Positions 12,243 to 23,959 of a stretch of DNA of 64,000 bases are shown here, piece by piece. Under the pieces are notes generated by a model. The model was given only the letters and a program-made list of their open reading frames with translations. It had not been told where the DNA came from and did not search any database. The position numbers were made by a program, and so were the translations under genes. This stretch comes from Eledone cirrhosa (lineage: Eukaryota): assembly GCA_964016885.1 (NCBI GenBank), contig OZ024761.1, forward strand, positions 2,356,001 to 2,420,000. The letters run 5' to 3'. The first letter of the stretch is position 1. Each line of letters starts with the position of its first letter.

Positions 12243-13220
12243 GGTGGGGTGGTGGGGAGATAGATTCAAGGTGGGGTGGGGTGGGGAGATAGATTCGTGG
12301 TGGGAAGATTGATTCAAGGTGGTGTGGGGTGGGGAGATAGATTCGTGGTGGGAAGATTGATTCAAGGTGGTGTGGGGTGGGGAGATAGATTCAAGGTGGG
12401 GTGGTGGTGGGGAGATAGATTCGTGGTGGGAAGATTGATTCAAGGTGGTGTGGGGTGGGGAGATAGATTCAAGGTGGGGTGGTGGTGGGGAGATAGATTC
12501 GTGGTGGGAAGATTGATTCAAGGTGGGGTGGTGGTGGGGAGATAGATTCGTGGTGGGAAGATTGATTCAAGGTGGTGTGGGGTGGGGAGATAGATTCGTG
12601 GTGGGAAGATTGATTCAAGGTGGTGTGGGGTGGGGAGATAGATTCAAGGTGGGGTGGTGGTGGGGAGATAGATTCGTGGTGGGAAGATTGATTCAAGGTG
12701 GTGTGGGGTGGGGAGATAGATTCAAGGTGGGGTGGTGGTGGGGAGATAGATTCGTGGTGGGAAGATTGATTCAAGGTGGGGTGGTGGTGGGGAGATAGAT
12801 TCGTGGTGGGAAGATTGATTCAAGGTGGTGTGGGGTGGGGAGATAGATTCGTGGTGGGAAGATTGATTCAAGGTGGTGTGGGGTGGGGAGATAGATTCAA
12901 GGTGGGGTGGTGGTGGGGAGATAGATTCGTGGTGGGAAGATTGATTCAAGGTGGTGTGGGGTGGGGAGATAGATTCAAGGTGGGGTGGTGGTGGGGAGAT
13001 AGATTCGTGGTGGGAAGATTGATTCAAGGTGGGGTGGTGGTGGGGAGATAGATTCGTGGTGGGAAGATTGATTCAAGGTGGTGTGGGGTGGGGAGATAGA
13101 TTCAAGGTGGGGTGGTGGTAGGGAGATAGATTCAAGGTGGGGTGGTGGTGGGGAGATAGATTCAAGGTGGGGTGGTGGGGAGATAGATTCAAGGTGGGGC
13201 AGGGTAGGTTCAAGGTGGGG
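12243..13220. repeat. G-rich minisatellite with a 253-bp higher-order repeat
   Basis: Subunits GGGGAGATAGATTC and GGGAAGATTGATTCAAGGTGG; identical blocks offset by 253 bp (12523 vs 12776). Confidence 0.9.
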
Positions 13221-13299
13221 TTAGGGTGCAATTGTGTGTTGTAGGTGGTGGGGGAGTTTTAGCCGGAAAAGTGGGGATGGTGGTTTCTGACAAAGATAT

Positions 13300-13830
13300 A
13301 GTGCATGTGTGTGTGTGTCGGTGAGGTTGGGTGTGTGTGTGTGCATATGAGAGACAGGGTGTGTGTATATGTGTGAGAGAGTGGGTATGTGTGTGGGGGT
13401 AGGGGCTGTGAATGTGTGGAAGTAAGAGTGTGAGTGTATGAGAGAGAGTGAGAGAGAGAGTGAAAGTGAGAGAGAGAGTGTGAGAGAGAGAGTGCGAGAG
13501 AGTGTGAGAGAGAGAGTGAGAGTACCGAGAGTGAGTGTGAGAGACAGAGAGAGAGAGAGAGAGAGTGTGTGTGGGGGAGAGAGAGAGAGGGAGAGAGAGT
13601 GTGCGTGAGAGAGAGAGTGTGAGAAAAAGAGAGAGGGAGTGAAAGAATGAGAGAGAGAGAGAGAGGTGAGAGAGAGAGAGAGGAGAGAGTGTGAGAGAGA
13701 GAGAAGAGAGTGTGAGAGAGAGAGAGAGAGAGAGAGTGTGAGGGAGAGACAGAGTGTGAGGGAGAGAGAGAATGTGAGAGAGAGAGAGAGAGAGAATGAG
13801 AGAGAGAGTGTGAGGGAGGGAGAGAGTGTG
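13300..13830. repeat. (GT)/(GA) microsatellite mosaic
   Basis: Direct reading. Confidence 0.9.
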
Positions 13831-13843
13831 ACTAATTGTTTAG

Positions 13844-14090
13844 ACTTCACCCATTTCCACAAAGGCGACAATAACAACAATAACAATAGTAACAACACTA
13901 CCACCAACACCACTACTACCACTACCACCAACACCACTACTACCACTACCACCAACACCACTACTACCACTACCACCAATACCACCACTACTACTACCAC
14001 CATCACCACCAACACCACCACTGCCACTACCATCGCTACCACCACTACTACCACCACCACCATAAGCCATAGTGAAGGCAACCCCTCGAG
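13844..14090 (+). CDS. Candidate internal exon: Asn/Thr-rich mucin-like segment of the beta-propeller gene
   Basis: Acceptor actaattgtttag ends at 13843; donor GAG|gtgagc at 14090/14091; open frame DFTHFHKGDNNNN...TTT...ISHSEGNPS; the phase-2 end matches the phase-2 start of exon 21332. The polypyrimidine tract is weak. Confidence 0.55.
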
Positions 14091-14162
14091 GTGAGCAGTG
14101 ACTCTGAATAAAAACTGATATAGGATAGGTGAAAAGGGCTCTTTAATCCTTTAGTATTCAAA

Positions 14163-16861
14163 TTACTCTATATATACTATTGTATGTTCACAGTAAAGGC
14201 TTTACCTCACATCATATCTCACATAACATTTACATTACTCTATATATACTATTGTATGTTCACAGTAAAGGCTTTACCTCACATCATATCTCACATAACA
14301 TTTACATTACTCTATATATACTATTGTATGTTCACAGTAAAGGCTTTACCTCACATCATATCTCACATAACATTTACATTACTCTATATATACTATTGTA
14401 TGTTCACAGTAAAGGCTTTACCTCACATCATATCTCACATAACATTTACATTACTCTATATATACTATTGTATGTTCACAGTAAAGGCTTTACCTCACAT
14501 AATATCTAACATAACATTTACATTACTCTATATATACTATTGTATTTTCACAGTAAAGGCTTTACCTCACATAACATTTATATTACTCTATATATACTAT
14601 TGTATTTTCACAGTAAAGGCTTTACCTCACATAATATCTCACATAACATTTACATTACTCTATATATACTATTGTATTTTCACAGTAAAGGCTTTACCTC
14701 ACATAACATTTATATTACTCTATATATACTATTGTATTTTCACAGTAAAGGCTTTACCTCACATAATATCTCACATAACATTTACATTACTCTATATATA
14801 CTATTGTATGTTCACAGTAAAGGCTTTACCTCACATCATATCTCACATAACATTTACATTACTCTATATATACTATTGTATGTTCACAGTAAAGGCTTTA
14901 CCTCACATAATATCTAACATAACATTTACATTACTCTATATATACTATTGTATTTTCACAGTAAAGGCTTTACCTCACATAACATTTATATTACTCTATA
15001 TATACTATTGTATTTTCACAGTAAAGGCTTTACCTCACATAATATCTCACATAACATTTACATTACTCTATATATACTATTGTATTTTCACAGTAAAGGC
15101 TTTACCTCACATAACATTTATATTACTCTATATATACTATTGTATTTTCACAGTAAAGGCTTTACCTCACATAATATCTCACATAACATTTACATTACTC
15201 TATATAGTAGGAACGATCGACTTTCGTCAAATCGGACCGAGGGAACAATGTTTCCGTTGGTCTTTCCAATTGCTAATACTATCTATCGGTCGCAACTCCA
15301 GGTAGAAGAAGCAACGTGAAATAAAATGTCTTGCTCAAGGACATAACGCATCGCCTGGTCCAGGAATCGTACTCACAACCTTACGATTGCGAATCCAATT
15401 CTCTAACCACTCAGCCACACGCCTTCACAATTACTCTATATATACTATTGTATGTGAGGTAAAGCCTTTACTGTGAAAATACAATAGTATATTACTGTAT
15501 ATATACTATTGTATTTTCACAGTAAAGGCTTTACCTCACATAATATCTCACATAACATTTACATTACTCTATATATACTATTGTATTTTCACAGTAAAGG
15601 CTTTACCTCACATAACATTTACATTACTCTATATATACTATTGTATTTTCACAGTAAAGGCTTTACCTCACATAACATTTACATTACTCTATATATACTA
15701 TTGTATTTTTACAGTAAAGGCTTTACCTCACATAATATCACACATAACATTTACATTACTCTATATATACTATTGTATTTTCACAGTAAAGGCTTTACCT
15801 CACATAACATTTACATTATACTATATCTACTATTGTATTTTCACAGTAAAGGCTTTACCTCATATAATATCTCACATAACATTTACATTACTCTATATCT
15901 ACTATTGTATTTTCACAATAAAGGCTTTACCTCATATAATATCTCACATAACATTTACATTACTCTCTATATACTATTGTATTTTCACAGTAAAGGCTTT
16001 ACCTTACGTAATATCTCACATAACATTTATATTACTCTATGTATACTATTGTATTTTCACAGTAAAAGCTTTACCTTACATAATATCTCACATAACATTT
16101 ACATTACTCTATATATACTATTGTATTTTCACAGTAAAGGCTTTACCTTACATAATATCTCACATAACATTTACATTACTCTATATATACTATTGTATTT
16201 TCACAGTAAAGGCTTTACCTCACATAACATTTACATTACTCTATATATACTATTGTATTTTCACAGTAAAGGCTTTACCTCACATAATATCTCACATAAC
16301 ATTTACATTACTCTATATATACTATTGTATTTTCACAGTAAAGGCTTTACCTCACATAATATCTCCCATAACATTTACATTACTCTATATATACTATTGT
16401 ATTTTCACAGTAAAGGCTTTACCTCACATAATATCTCCCATAACATTTACATTACTCTATATATACTATTGTATTTTCACAGTAAAGGCTTTACCTCACA
16501 TAATATCTCACATAACATTTACATTACTCTATATATACTATTGTATTTTCACAGTAAAGGCTTTACCTCACATAATATCTCACATAACATTTACATTACT
16601 CTATATATACTATTGTATTTTCACAGTAAAGGCTTTACCTCACATAATATCTCCCATAACATTTACATTACTCTATATATACTATTGTATTTTCACAGTA
16701 AAGGCTTTACCTCACATAATATCTCCCATAACATTTACATTACTCTATATATACTATTGTATTTTCACAGTAAAGGCTTTACCTCACATAATATCTCACA
16801 TAACATTTACATTACTCTATATATACTATTGTATTTTCACAGTAAAGGCTTTACCTCACAT
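14163..16861. repeat. 72/60-bp minisatellite, interrupted at ~15207-15495
   Basis: Unit TTACTCTATATATACTATTGTATTTTCACAGTAAAGGCTTTACCTCACATAA(TATCTCACATAA)CATTTACA. Confidence 0.95.
15309..15429 (-). mobile_element. tRNA-derived SINE head (second family)
   Basis: Minus strand reads TGGCTGAGTGGTTAGAG...GATTCCTGGACC...GTCCTTGAGCAAGAC; homologous to ~38225-38340 and 45962-46110. Confidence 0.75.
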
Positions 16862-17084
16862 ATCGAATCTATGAGATTTTGTTATTTATTTTGAGAACAA
16901 TACATTAATGTTAGTATGAGTGGCTGATTATTACCGGTTTGAACAGGAAAAGGTGATAGAATTCTGGCTGAATACGGCCAGTTTAAATGGTAAAGGGTTA
17001 AGGCCTGGCAGACAACTTCTCTACTGATAAAATACAACCAATTCATGTTGTAATGTGGTTAGTGATAAGAAGGGCCGCATCCAG

Positions 17085-20000
17085 CCAGAGTCTTCTCACT
17101 TCTGTTGGAGGAACCCCTCTCTGGTTGATCTCTATCACTCCCCATCTGGCTATACTGGGTCATGTGGGGCCGAGGTATCAGGTCAGATCATCACACCATC
17201 TTCACTTTGGCAGCCCTCTAATTCTACTGCCCAGGTGTCCACCCTGTCACTCTAATAGTCCACCTGTCATCTCTGAGATGAGAGACAAAGCCAGCCCAGG
17301 TGTCCACCCTGTCACTCTAATAGTCCACCTGTCATCTCTGAGATGAGAGACAAAGCCAGCCCAGGTGTCCACCCTGTCACTCTAATAGTCCACCTGTCAT
17401 CTCTGAGATGAGAGACAAAGCCAGCCCAGGTGTCCACCCTGTCACTCTAATAGTCCACCTGTCATCTCTGAGATGAGAGACAAAGCCAGCCCAGGTGTCC
17501 ACCCTGTCACTCTAATAGTCCACCTGTCATCTCTGAGATGAGAGACAAAGCCAGCCCAGGTGTCCACCCTGTCACTCTAATAGTCCACCTGTCATCTCTG
17601 AGATGAGAGACAAAGCCAGTCCAGGTGTCCACCCTGTCACTCTAATAGTCCACCTGTTACCTCTGAGATGAGAGACAAAGCCAGTCCAGGTGTCCACCCT
17701 GTCACTCTAATAGTCCACCTGTCACTCTAATAGTCCACCTGTCATCTCTGAGATGAGAGACAAAGCCAGCCCAGGTGTCCACCCTGTCACTCTAATAGTC
17801 CACCTGTCATCTCTGAGATGAGAGATGTGGCCAGCCCAGGTGTCCACCCTGTCACTCTAATAGTCCACCTGTCATCTCTGAGATGAGAGATGTGGCCAGC
17901 CCAGGTGTCCACCCTGTCACTCTAATAGTCCACCTGTTACCTCTGAGATGAGAGACAAAGCCAGCCCAGGTGTCCACCCTGTCACTCTAATAGTCCACCT
18001 GTCATCTCTGAGATGAGAGACAAAGCCAGCCCAGGTGTCCACCCTGTCACTCTAATAGTCCACCTGTCATCTCTGAGATGAGAGACAAAGCCAGCCCAGG
18101 TGTCCACCCTGTCACTCTAATAGTCCACCTGTTACCTCTGAGATGAGAGACAAAGCCAGTCCAGGTGTCCACCCTGTCACTCTAATAGTCCACCTGTCAT
18201 CTCTGAGATGAGAGACAAAGCCAGTCCAGGTGTCCACCCTGTCACTCTAATAGTCCACCTGTTACCTCTGAGATGAGAGACAAAGCCAGTCCAGGTGTCC
18301 ACCCTGTCACTCTAATAGTCCACCTGTCATCTCTGAGATGAGAGACAAAGCCAGTCCAGGTGTCCACCCTGTCACTCTAATAGTCCACCTGTTACCTCTG
18401 AGATGAGAGACAAAGCCAGTCCAGGTGTCCACCCTGTCACTCTAATAGTCCACCTGTCATCTCTGAGATGAGAGACAAAGCCAGTCCAGGTGTCCACCCT
18501 GTCACTCTAATAGTCCACCTGTTACCTCTGAGATGAGAGACAAAGCCAGTCCAGGTGTCCACCCTGTCACTCTAATAGTCCACCTGTCATCTCTGAGATG
18601 AGAGACAAAGCCAGCCCAGGTGTCCACCCTGTCACTCTAATAGTCCACCTGTCATCTCTGAGATGAGAGACAAAGCCAGTCCAGGTGTCCACCCTGTCAC
18701 TCTAATAGTCCACCTGTCATCTCTGAGATGAGAGACAAAGCCAGCCCAGGTGTCCACCCTGTCACTCTAATAGTCCACCTGTCATCTCTGAGATGAGAGA
18801 CAAAGCCAGCCCAGGTGTCCACCCTGTCACTCTAATAGTCCACCTGTCATCTCTGAGATGAGAGACAAAGCCAGCCCAGGTGTCCACCCTGTCACTCTAA
18901 TAGTCCACCTGTCATCTCTGAGATGAGAGACAAAGCCAGTCCAGGTGTCCACCCTGTCACTCTAATAGTCCACCTGTTACCTCTGAGATGAGAGACAAAG
19001 CCAGTCCAGGTGTCCACCCTGTCACTCTAATAGTCCACCTGTCATCTCTGAGATGAGAGACAAAGCCAGCCCAGGTGTCCACCCTGTCACTCTAATAGTC
19101 CACCTGTTACCTCTGAGATGAGAGACAAAGCCAGTCCAGGTGTCCACCCTGTCACTCTAATAGTCCACCTGTCATCTCTGAGATGAGAGACAAAGCCAGC
19201 CCAGGTGTCCACCCTGTCACTCTAATAGTCCACCTGTCATCTCTGAGATGAGAGATGTGGCCAGCCCAGGTGTCCACCCTGTCACTCTAATAGTCCACCT
19301 GTTATCTCGGAGATGAGAGATGTGGCCAGCCCAGGTGTCCACCCTGTCACTCTAATAGTCCACCTGTCACTCTAATAGTCCACCTGTCATCTCTGAGATG
19401 AGAGACAAAGCCAGCCCAGGTGTCCACCCTGTCACTCTAATAGTCCACCTGTCATCTCTGAGATGAGAGACAAAGCCAGTCCAGGTGTCCACCCTGTCAC
19501 TCTAATAGTCCACCTGTCATCTCTGAGATGAGAGACAAAGCCAGCCCAGGTGTCCACCCTGTCACTCTAATAGTCCACCTGTTACCTCTGAGATGAGAGA
19601 CAAAGCCAGTCCAGGTGTCCACCCTGTCACTCTAATAGTCCACCTGTCATCTCTGAGATGAGAGACAAAGCCAGCCCAGGTGTCCACCCTGTCACTCTAA
19701 TAGTCCACCTGTCATCTCTGAGATGAGAGATGTGGCCAGCCCAGGTGTCCACCCTGTCACTCTAATAGTCCACCTGTTATCTCGGAGATGAGAGATGTGG
19801 CCAGCCCAGGTGTCCACCCTGTCACTCTAATAGTCCACCTGTCACTCTAATAGTCCACCTGTCATCTCTGAGATGAGAGACAAAGCCAGCCCAGGTGTCC
19901 ACCCTGTCACTCTAATAGTCCACCTGTCATCTCTGAGATGAGAGACAAAGCCAGTCCAGGTGTCCACCCTGTCACTCTAATAGTCCACCTGTTACCTCTG

Positions 20001-21290
20001 AGATGAGAGACAAAGCCAGTCCAGGTGTCCACCCTGTCACTCTAATAGTCCACCTGTCATCTCTGAGATGAGAGACAAAGCCAGCCCAGGTGTCCACCCT
20101 GTCACTCTAATAGTCCACCTGTCATCTCTGAGATGAGAGATGTGGCCAGCCCAGGTGTCCACCCTGTCACTCTAATAGTCCACCTGTCATCTCGGAGATG
20201 AGAGATGTGGCCAGCCCAGGTGTCCACCCTGTCACTCTAATAGTCCACCTGTCACTCTAATAGTCCACCTGTCATCTCTGAGATGAGAGACAAAGCCAGC
20301 CCAGGTGTCCACCCTGTCACTCTAATAGTCCACCTGTCATCTCTGAGATGAGAGACAAAGCCAGTCCAGGTGTCCACCCTGTCACTCTAATAGTCCACCT
20401 GTTACCTCTGAGATGAGAGACAAAGCCAGTCCAGGTGTCCACCCTGTCACTCTAATAGTCCACCTGTCATCTCTGAGATGAGAGACAAAGCCAGCCCAGG
20501 TGTCCACCCTGTCACTCTAATAGTCCACCTGTCATCTCTGAGATGAGAGACAAAGCCAGTCCAGGTGTCCACCCTGTCACTCTAATAGTCCACCTGTTAC
20601 CTCTGAGATGAGAGACAAAGCCAGTCCAGGTGTCCACCCTGTCACTCTAATAGTCCACCTGTCATCTCTGAGATGAGAGACAAAGCCAGCCCAGGTGTCC
20701 ACCCTGTCACTCTAATAGTCCACCTGTCATCTCTGAGATGAGAGATGTGGCCAGCCCAGGTGTCCACCCTGTCACTCTAATAGTCCACCTGTTATCTCGG
20801 AGATGAGAGATGTGGCCAGCCCAGGTGTCCACCCTGTCACTCTAATAGTCCACCTGTCACTCTAATAGTCCACCTGTCATCTCTGAGATGAGAGACAAAG
20901 CCAGCCCAGGTGTCCACCCTGTCACTCTAATAGTCCACCTGTCATCTCTGAGATGAGAGATGTGGCCAGCCCAGGTGTCCACCCTGTCACTCTAATAGTC
21001 CACCTGTCATCTCTGAGATGAGAGACAAAGCCAGCCCAGGTGTCCACCCTGTCACTCTAATAGTCCACCTGTCATCTCTGAGATGAGAGATGTGGCCAGC
21101 CCAGGTGTCCACCCTGTCACTCTAATAGTCCACCTGTCATCTCTGAGATGAGAGATGTGGCCAGCCCAGGTGTCCACCCTGTCACTCTAATAGTCCACCT
21201 GTTATCTCTGAGATGAGAGATGTGGCCAGCAGCTTATCTATGTTTGCCCTTTTTAATGGTCTTGATTATCTCCCTGCCAATCTGCTCTTC
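17085..21290 (-). mobile_element. RTE LINE C-terminal remnant hosting the 65-bp array
   Basis: Minus strand reads IIKTIKKGKHR, then the WAGHISHLRDDRWTIRVTGWTP unit, then RGLPK*RWCDDL. Confidence 0.75.
17229..21230. repeat. 65-bp minisatellite, ~61 copies, in the last intron of the gene
   Basis: Period 65 (AGAGACAAAG at 17281 and 17346); variants ACAAAG/ATGTGG and GTCAT/GTTAC occur in recurring patterns. Confidence 0.97.
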
Positions 21291-21331
21291 AATTATGCTC
21301 AATATAATAATCTGTTTTTTTCTCATTACAG

Positions 21332-21776
21332 CATGAAAGATATCCGCGTCGTTGGGATCAAGCTTGCGAAGGGGTTTGGTATATTGATGGGTAAGAAATA
21401 CATGTATATGACAGACCTGAAGAACAAGAAAATCTACACTTGGAACCGAAATGCCGACTTGGAGAAGCAGAAAAAATTTGTGATTGATGCCAATGTCCTG
21501 ACTATGGAAACAGTCGAGGAGCTGCCCAAAGACATTGGAATTGAGCTTTGCCCTGGCAAGATGTCGTTCGACAACTACGGATACCTCTGGCTCATAACCA
21601 TGGACTACCAACTCTACTTTCCAAACAGCACCGATACTAAGGAGTACACTACGAAGGTCGTTAAGCTGCAGGTGGATGATTCAAGGGAGTCGAGGACAAC
21701 CTCAACAGCAGCTTTGGACAGAAGGCTCCTTATGTCAGTGATAATTGCCATGGTTATATTGTGTATTGTGTTGTAA
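21332..21776 (+). CDS. Terminal coding exon of a paraoxonase/SMP-30/strictosidine-synthase-like six-bladed beta-propeller protein with a hydrophobic C-terminus
   Basis: Strong acceptor ctgttttttttctcattacag-like tract ending in AG at 21330-21331; non-repetitive open frame to TAA at 21774-21776. DIRVV...GI...KYMYMTDLKNKKIYTWNR resembles paraoxonase EVRVV...NGI...KYVYIAELLAHKIHVYEK, and PGKMSFDNYGYLWL resembles the PD(G/N)xxxDxxGxLWV blade motif. Ends LLMSVIIAMVILCIVL. The family call is by eye. Confidence 0.75.
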
Positions 21777-21832
21777 CAATAGACACCACACATCTGCTAT
21801 GTCATATACTATACTACTCACTATAAGAAGAC

Positions 21833-22056
21833 ACAGAGAGAGAGTGAGAGAGTGTGTGTGTGAGAGTGTGAGAGTGTGTGAGTGTGTGTGTGTGTAAGTG
21901 AGTGTGTGTGTGTGAGTGAGTTTGTGTGTGTGTGTGTGAGTGAGTGAGAGTGTGTGTGAGTGAGTGTGTGTGTGAGTGAGAGTGTGTAAGTGAGAGTGTG
22001 TGTGAGTGAGTGTGTGTGCGTGAGTGAGAGTGTGTGTGAGTGAGTGTGTGTGTGTC
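21833..22056. repeat. (GT)/(GAGT) microsatellite
   Basis: Direct reading. Confidence 0.9.
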
Positions 22057-22107
22057 TATACACACATGTATATTTTGTAGTAATAGAGAAAACACAGTTA
22101 CCTTCTA

Positions 22108-23045
22108 ATATATACACACTATACTATACTTGTGTATATATACACAATATACTATACTTGTGTATATATACACAATATACTATACTTGTGTATATATACA
22201 CAATATACTATACTTGTGTATATATACACAATATACTATACTTGTGTATATATACACAATATACTATACTTGTGTATATATACACAATATACTATACTTG
22301 TGTATATATACACAATATACTATACTTGTCATATATACACAATATACTATACTTGTGTATATATACACAATATACTATACTTGTGTATATATACACAATA
22401 TACTATACTTGTTATATATACACAATATACTATACTTGTTATATATACACAATATACTATACTTGTTATATATACACACTATACTATACTTGTTATATAT
22501 ACACAATATACTATACTTGTGTATATATACACAATATACTATACTTGTGTATATATACACAATATACTATACTTGTTATATATACACAATATACTATACT
22601 TGTGTATATATACACACTATACTATACTTGTTATATATACACAATATACTATACTTGTGTATATATACACAATATACTATACTTGTTATATATACACAAT
22701 ATACTATACTTGTCATATATACACAATATACTATACTTGTGTATATATACACACTATACTATACTTGTGTATATATACACAATATACTATACTTGTGTAT
22801 ATATACACAATATACTATACTTGTTATATATACACAATATACTATACTTGTTATATATACACAATATACTATACTTGTGTATATATACACAATATACTAT
22901 ACTTGTGTATATATACACAATATACTATACTTGTGTATATATACACAATATACTATACTTGTTATATATACACAATATACTATACTTGTGCATATATACA
23001 CAATATACTATACTTGTGTATATATACACAATATACTATATATAT
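22108..23045. repeat. 27-28-bp AT-rich minisatellite, ~34 copies
   Basis: Unit ACACAATATACTATACTTGTGTATATAT. Confidence 0.95.
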
Positions 23046-23489
23046 TATGAAAATACACAGGAGAGAGACAGAGAGTTAGAAAAGACAGAGGAGAGAAAGA
23101 AAGAGGGGGATTGTGTGTGTGAGTGAGAGTGTGAGAGTGTGTGTGAGTGAGTGTGTGAGAGTGTGTGTGAGTGAGTGTGTGTATGTGTGTGTGAGTGAGT
23201 GTGTGTATGTGTGTGTACATGTTTCTGTGTGTATCATCATCATCATTGTTTAACGTCTATTTTTCTACACTAACATGGCTTAGACAGCGTTTACATATTG
23301 CGTCTTTTGTTATTGTTGTCATGCTTCTGACACATCATACACCCTGGGTCCCCTAAGAGGTGAGGGGTGCCAGGAGCTCAACTGGTAAATCAGAGTTTGG
23401 AGTGCCAAGGAGGGAACCTGTAAACATCTTACCTGCTTATCGCTACCCAACAATTCTTTAGAAGGAAATCTCCAAAAGTTTTTACAGAT

Positions 23490-23860
23490 CACTTAAAATT
23501 TGAGAAAATGTAGACAACCAACCCTCTCAAAATTTAGGGAGCAGCTTGATCCCACTTTCAAAAATAACTCGGGTGCCCTATTATGTATGGAAAAGAGTTA
23601 ACTCCCTCTCCTTTTAAATTTTGAGAGAGGTTAGCCCCCCCTACCTTCAAAAATCCTCTCAAATCCCTCAAATTTTGTGAGCTGCTAACCTCCTCCCTTT
23701 GGAAATACCTTCTAAGCTCCCTTAAATTTTTGGAGGAGTTAGTTTCCTCCCCTCTTAAAATGTTTTCAGCTCCCTTAAATTTTGAGAGGACATAGCCCCC
23801 TGCCTCCACAAATATCCTCTCAACTCCCTTAAGTTTTGAGAGGAGCTGGCCCCTACACTC
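23490..23860. repeat. Degenerate tandem repeat
   Basis: Recurring CCC(T/C)TAAATTTTGAGAGGAG-like and TTAGCCCCC-like motifs. Confidence 0.6.
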
Positions 23861-23959
23861 AAAAAGGCTCCAAGAGCCACAGACATCATTCTTATTGTAG
23901 TTTTATATCAGTGGCTTCTTTTTTCTTCACACTGGGTTGGACAGGTCTTTTCATCTGAA

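Larger units (their letters stand above)
14143..17001. mobile_element. TTAA-flanked piggyBac-like MITE inflated by an internal tandem array
   Basis: Left TTAA-TCCTTTAGTATTCAAA (from 14143) and right TTTAAATGGTAAAGGG-TTAA (to 17001) are imperfect inverted repeats. Confidence 0.6.

Noticed and set aside
13666-13843. Arg/Glu-rich N-terminal part of ORF 13666-14094
   Set aside because: (GA)n microsatellite upstream of the candidate acceptor.
14180-16894. Repetitive ORFs (YFHSKGFTSHNI...)
   Set aside because: Products of a 72/60-bp minisatellite inside a MITE; no splice or start context.
17229-21230. CRISPR-like regular repeats, here and in the other arrays
   Set aside because: No unique spacers, no cas genes, eukaryotic context.
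21213-21331. N-terminal 40 codons of ORF 21213-21776
   Set aside because: Starts inside the satellite/antisense RTE relic, upstream of a strong splice acceptor; treated as intron.
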